Below are positions 23,497 through 26,059 of a stretch of DNA of 26,059 bases, piece by piece. The stretch covers positions 1 through 26,059 of IMG/VR virus record IMGVR_UViG_3300037504_000207; one strand, 5' to 3'. This DNA is from a virus. Lineage: Duplodnaviria; Caudoviricetes. Position numbers and translations under genes: made by a program. Numbering within the stretch: the first letter of the stretch is position 1; each line of letters opens with the position of its first letter. The notes beneath the pieces are model-generated. The model did no database searches. It had not been told where the DNA came from and saw only the letters and a list, made by a program, of their open reading frames with translations.

Positions 23497-23550
23497 GTCA
23501 ACTCCGCTGTATAAAATCCCAAATTCCCCAAACTCCCGCACGTTCGCCGC

Positions 23551-23760
23551 CTAAATACCTACAACGGGGGAAATTGCGGCATGCTCGCGGCGCGAATTCT
23601 TTTCGCGCGTCATAGCGTAGTGTCTCGCCTTGCTCATACACCGCGCCGCAGCGTGTACCATGCCAAGCTGTAAGAACGCATCCGCAGCCAATCGGTAATC
23701 AGCCGGATCGCAACTAGCATCGGCATTCACCCGCAACGATCTCGCTTGTTGTAACGTCAT
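23551..23760 (-). CDS. Hypothetical protein (69 aa)
   Basis: AAGGAG RBS, start overlaps the upstream stop. Confidence 0.65.
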   Translation of the reverse strand: MTLQQARSLRVNADASCDPADYRLAADAFLQLGMVHAAARCMSKARHYAMTREKNSRREHAAISPVVGI

Positions 23761-24539
23761 CTTGTCTCCTTCAACATTGGCCGCATGTCGTCATCCATGT
23801 TCTTGACAATCGGCCACTCAGCAATCCTTGATAATATCCGGCGGTGGAGGAATGAATCGGGCTTATCATCCATCGCCATCACCGTACCTTTGCTCTCGTC
23901 CATCCGGTAGCGCCTGTCAATCAGCTTACCAAGCATCGTCTGGTTGTACTTCGACCAGGAGACAGCCGACATTTCGTCAAGACAAAGCACGGGCACATCA
24001 ACCAACGCATCCAATCGCGCCTTGGTATCCATATCGGCGTCGCCAAAGCCGGTCTTGATATAATCTTCAAAATCGGCGGCAGTCAAATAGATCGAACGCA
24101 CGCCACGATCAAGACACTCGTTTGCAATTGCCATCAGCGTTGTGCTCTTGCCGTTGCCATTGCTTCCCCAAATAGTCAGGAACCCGTGGGGAGATTCCAG
24201 GAACGCGGCCGCTTCTCGTATCATCGCCTTGGACCCCGGCCCCCGCTCCAGAATAGCATCCATGCGCACATCTTCCAGGTAAGAGCCTATCCGTTGCCGC
24301 TGCAAATACGCCGAGACTTCTCCCGATCGGCAGTCACAAACAAACGACTTGCCAAAACGCTCGTCCCACATCGGCACATCAAGGCGATAATAGCCAATCC
24401 CGTGACATATCTCGCAGTCAGGATCGCCCAAGCCGCTCTTTGACGGCGGCGACAGCGGCCCGCTCTTCTTCCGAGAGTTCAGCTGGGACCTTGGCGGCCT
24501 CGATCTCTCCTTGGAGACTATCTCCTGAATTGTTTCCAT
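23757..24539 (-). CDS. DnaC/IstB-like ATPase (helicase loader)
   Basis: CEICHG...CDC Zn site, Walker A GSNGNGKS, Walker B LCLDEM, RILSRI arginine finger; likely start METIQ at 24539 after AAGGAG. Confidence 0.88.
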   Translation of the reverse strand: METIQEIVSKERSRPPRSQLNSRKKSGPLSPPSKSGLGDPDCEICHGIGYYRLDVPMWDERFGKSFVCDCRSGEVSAYLQRQRIGSYLEDVRMDAILERGPGSKAMIREAAAFLESPHGFLTIWGSNGNGKSTTLMAIANECLDRGVRSIYLTAADFEDYIKTGFGDADMDTKARLDALVDVPVLCLDEMSAVSWSKYNQTMLGKLIDRRYRMDESKGTVMAMDDKPDSFLHRRILSRIAEWPIVKNMDDDMRPMLKETR

Positions 24540-25308
24540 TGTTCTCCTTCTCCCATTTCGGTTTGGATCCGTAACCTTCTTCCTCGTACCGATCCAGAAT
24601 AGCCCTGACATAACTCCATCGACGCTTGTTGTTGTCAACAGCGATCTTGAACGCCTTGGCTATCCACCTGTAAGGGTGGCGCTCTTCGTAGTCTTTGAGT
24701 TCGTCAGCAAGCATGGGCTTTATTGGTCCGATGTTCTCTTCGTACAGGCGGAAGATGTTGATGTTTCCACCACCACTACTATCTTTCCTCTTACTACTTG
24801 CATCTTGCCTCTTACTACTTACTACTGTCTCGATAGGTATGCAGCTACCTATCTTGATACCTATCTCAGTACCTATCTCTCCGCTATGATGAGCGCAATA
24901 ACCACCCGAGCAGTCCCAGTTATTCGTGACCACGTTTTTCCCTACGTGGTATTTCTCCCGGTCTACCCATCCTGTTAGAGCGGGAAAATCCGAAGGGGAT
25001 GCCCAGCTTGGGCGTTGGTGTTTCCACCAGTTGAGCAGTTGGCAAATTCCTTTGCCGTCAGCCTCGTATCGTTCGACCTTGCCAGCTTTCGCAAATTTGT
25101 CCAGCGCTTGGTCTACCTTGTCATCGGTCAAGTTCTGGTCGTAGGGAAATATCTCCGCACGTATCAGGAGCGGGTTATCCCAAAACCGACCTTGATCGTC
25201 TGCAACCTGCGCAAACAAACCGATCCAGAGCAAGCGTTCAAAAAAGGATAAGCTGCCTACAAAATCGTCCTCGAATAAGTCTGACTTGATTACTCGTTTA
25301 CACGCCAT
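24418..25308 (-). CDS. Phage replication initiator with C-terminal DnaD domain
   Basis: N-terminal ERLLWIGL..ADDQGR winged helix; IFRLYEENIG..AFKIAV...WSYVRAILDRY DnaD motif. Confidence 0.85.
   Translation of the reverse strand: MACKRVIKSDLFEDDFVGSLSFFERLLWIGLFAQVADDQGRFWDNPLLIRAEIFPYDQNLTDDKVDQALDKFAKAGKVERYEADGKGICQLLNWWKHQRPSWASPSDFPALTGWVDREKYHVGKNVVTNNWDCSGGYCAHHSGEIGTEIGIKIGSCIPIETVVSSKRQDASSKRKDSSGGGNINIFRLYEENIGPIKPMLADELKDYEERHPYRWIAKAFKIAVDNNKRRWSYVRAILDRYEEEGYGSKPKWEKENNGNNSGDSLQGEIEAAKVPAELSEEERAAVAAVKERLGRS
24787..24878 (+). repeat. Iteron-like repeats, probable replication origin within the initiator gene
   Basis: TACCTATCT at 24846, 24858, 24870 (12-bp period), inverted GATAGGTA at 24832, CCTCTTACTACTT at 24787 and 24808. 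Confidence 0.6.
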
Positions 25309-25311
25309 TGG

Positions 25312-25914
25312 TTACTCGCTGTTGTTATTGATCTCAAACTCGACCACCCACACCCACGGGTTCGTTGCCCAGCCATAGCCGCCGCGCTTCTCGTTGATAC
25401 TATCCCACAGCTCTGCAAAACCCGCTGTTCTAGGCCACGGTTTGTCAGAACCCCAGCTTTGCAGTGCGCACCCCTCTGCCAACACATCTGCTTCGCTTAT
25501 ATCTTGAACACGTTCAACGCGTACATCCTTGACCTGCAAGTTGATCCTGCTCATCCACCGGCACATGAATATGGATGGTCTCCACTTGTAATAAGTTTCT
25601 CCATATTCCTCCGTCGCTCGATAGGCAATGTCAGATTTTGTAATTCCGCTATTGGGCAGCAAGCTTGGCTTGATGTCATCATAGTTTCCAGGTGTCGCCC
25701 ACGTCTCACGAACCCACAAGTTATCTCCTGGCTCTCCGTATGGGCAATCTCTCTCAATTAGCTGTTCGAAAAGCTTATCCATGTCCTTCCAGGTTGCGCC
25801 GCCAATATATCTGTTTTCTGGCTGCGGTTTGATCACTCGCCTAGTTTGCGTCTTGCGTCCGTCCAGAATAGCACGCACCATCTCACCGTTGAATAATACA
25901 GGTTTCTCGCTCAT
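25312..25914 (-). CDS. Phage ASCH/PUA-like protein
   Basis: PVLFNGEMVRAILDGRKTQTRR, LWVRETW, WRPSIFM, NPWVWVVEF; ATG at 25914 after GGAGG. Confidence 0.8.
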   Translation of the reverse strand: MSEKPVLFNGEMVRAILDGRKTQTRRVIKPQPENRYIGGATWKDMDKLFEQLIERDCPYGEPGDNLWVRETWATPGNYDDIKPSLLPNSGITKSDIAYRATEEYGETYYKWRPSIFMCRWMSRINLQVKDVRVERVQDISEADVLAEGCALQSWGSDKPWPRTAGFAELWDSINEKRGGYGWATNPWVWVVEFEINNNSE

Positions 25915-26059
25915 ACCTCCTCCTTCTCCACCGGCCCCAACCATAGGTAGGTGCCATCGTTGTAAACTTCTTCCGGCTCCCCGCCAACCCGCTCGGCGTA
26001 GCGCCTGCGGGCGGCCTCTTCGTCGTCATCGGCCAGGGGGAAGACCAGGTACTCGACAT
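25911..26059 (-). CDS. Partial hypothetical gene (3' end)
   Basis: Open frame ...VEYLVFPLADDDEEAARRRYAERVGGEPEEVYNDGTYLWLGPVEKEEV*, TGA overlapping the next ATG. Confidence 0.6.
   Translation of the reverse strand, partial: VEYLVFPLADDDEEAARRRYAERVGGEPEEVYNDGTYLWLGPVEKEEV

Noticed and set aside
23497-26059. Integron integrase next to the array
   Set aside because: Region is filled by replication genes; no ORF with tyrosine recombinase R-H-R-H-Y motifs on either strand in the window.
1-26059. Host assignment, tRNA genes, diversity-generating retroelement
   Set aside because: DnaD domain and LL-H-like holin only hint at a monoderm host; no tRNA, reverse transcriptase or TR/VR pair was seen.

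Overview
Segment of a tailed (podovirus-like) phage or prophage, with essentially all real genes on the minus strand. Reading from the right end: ASCH-like gene, DnaD-domain replication initiator with internal iteron-like repeats, DnaC/IstB-like loader, then a ~6.8 kb accessory block. After it come a late promoter/terminator, holin(s), small and large terminase, portal, a low-complexity virion protein, a ~3300 aa polyvalent protein (HExxH metallopeptidase plus ADP-ribosyltransferase), a second copy of the promoter/terminator and a probable capsid scaffold gene cut by the window edge. The main discovery is that the accessory block is an integron-type gene-cassette array. It has 13 attC sites (R''/L''/L'/R' boxes, extrahelical bases on the correct strand, covarying stems) and an attI-like simple site at its head. 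Each cassette's start is complementary to its own R'' end over 7-15 bp. No integron integrase is present in the window, and the cargo looks like phage accessory genes. All calls come from reading the sequence by eye; no searches were run.
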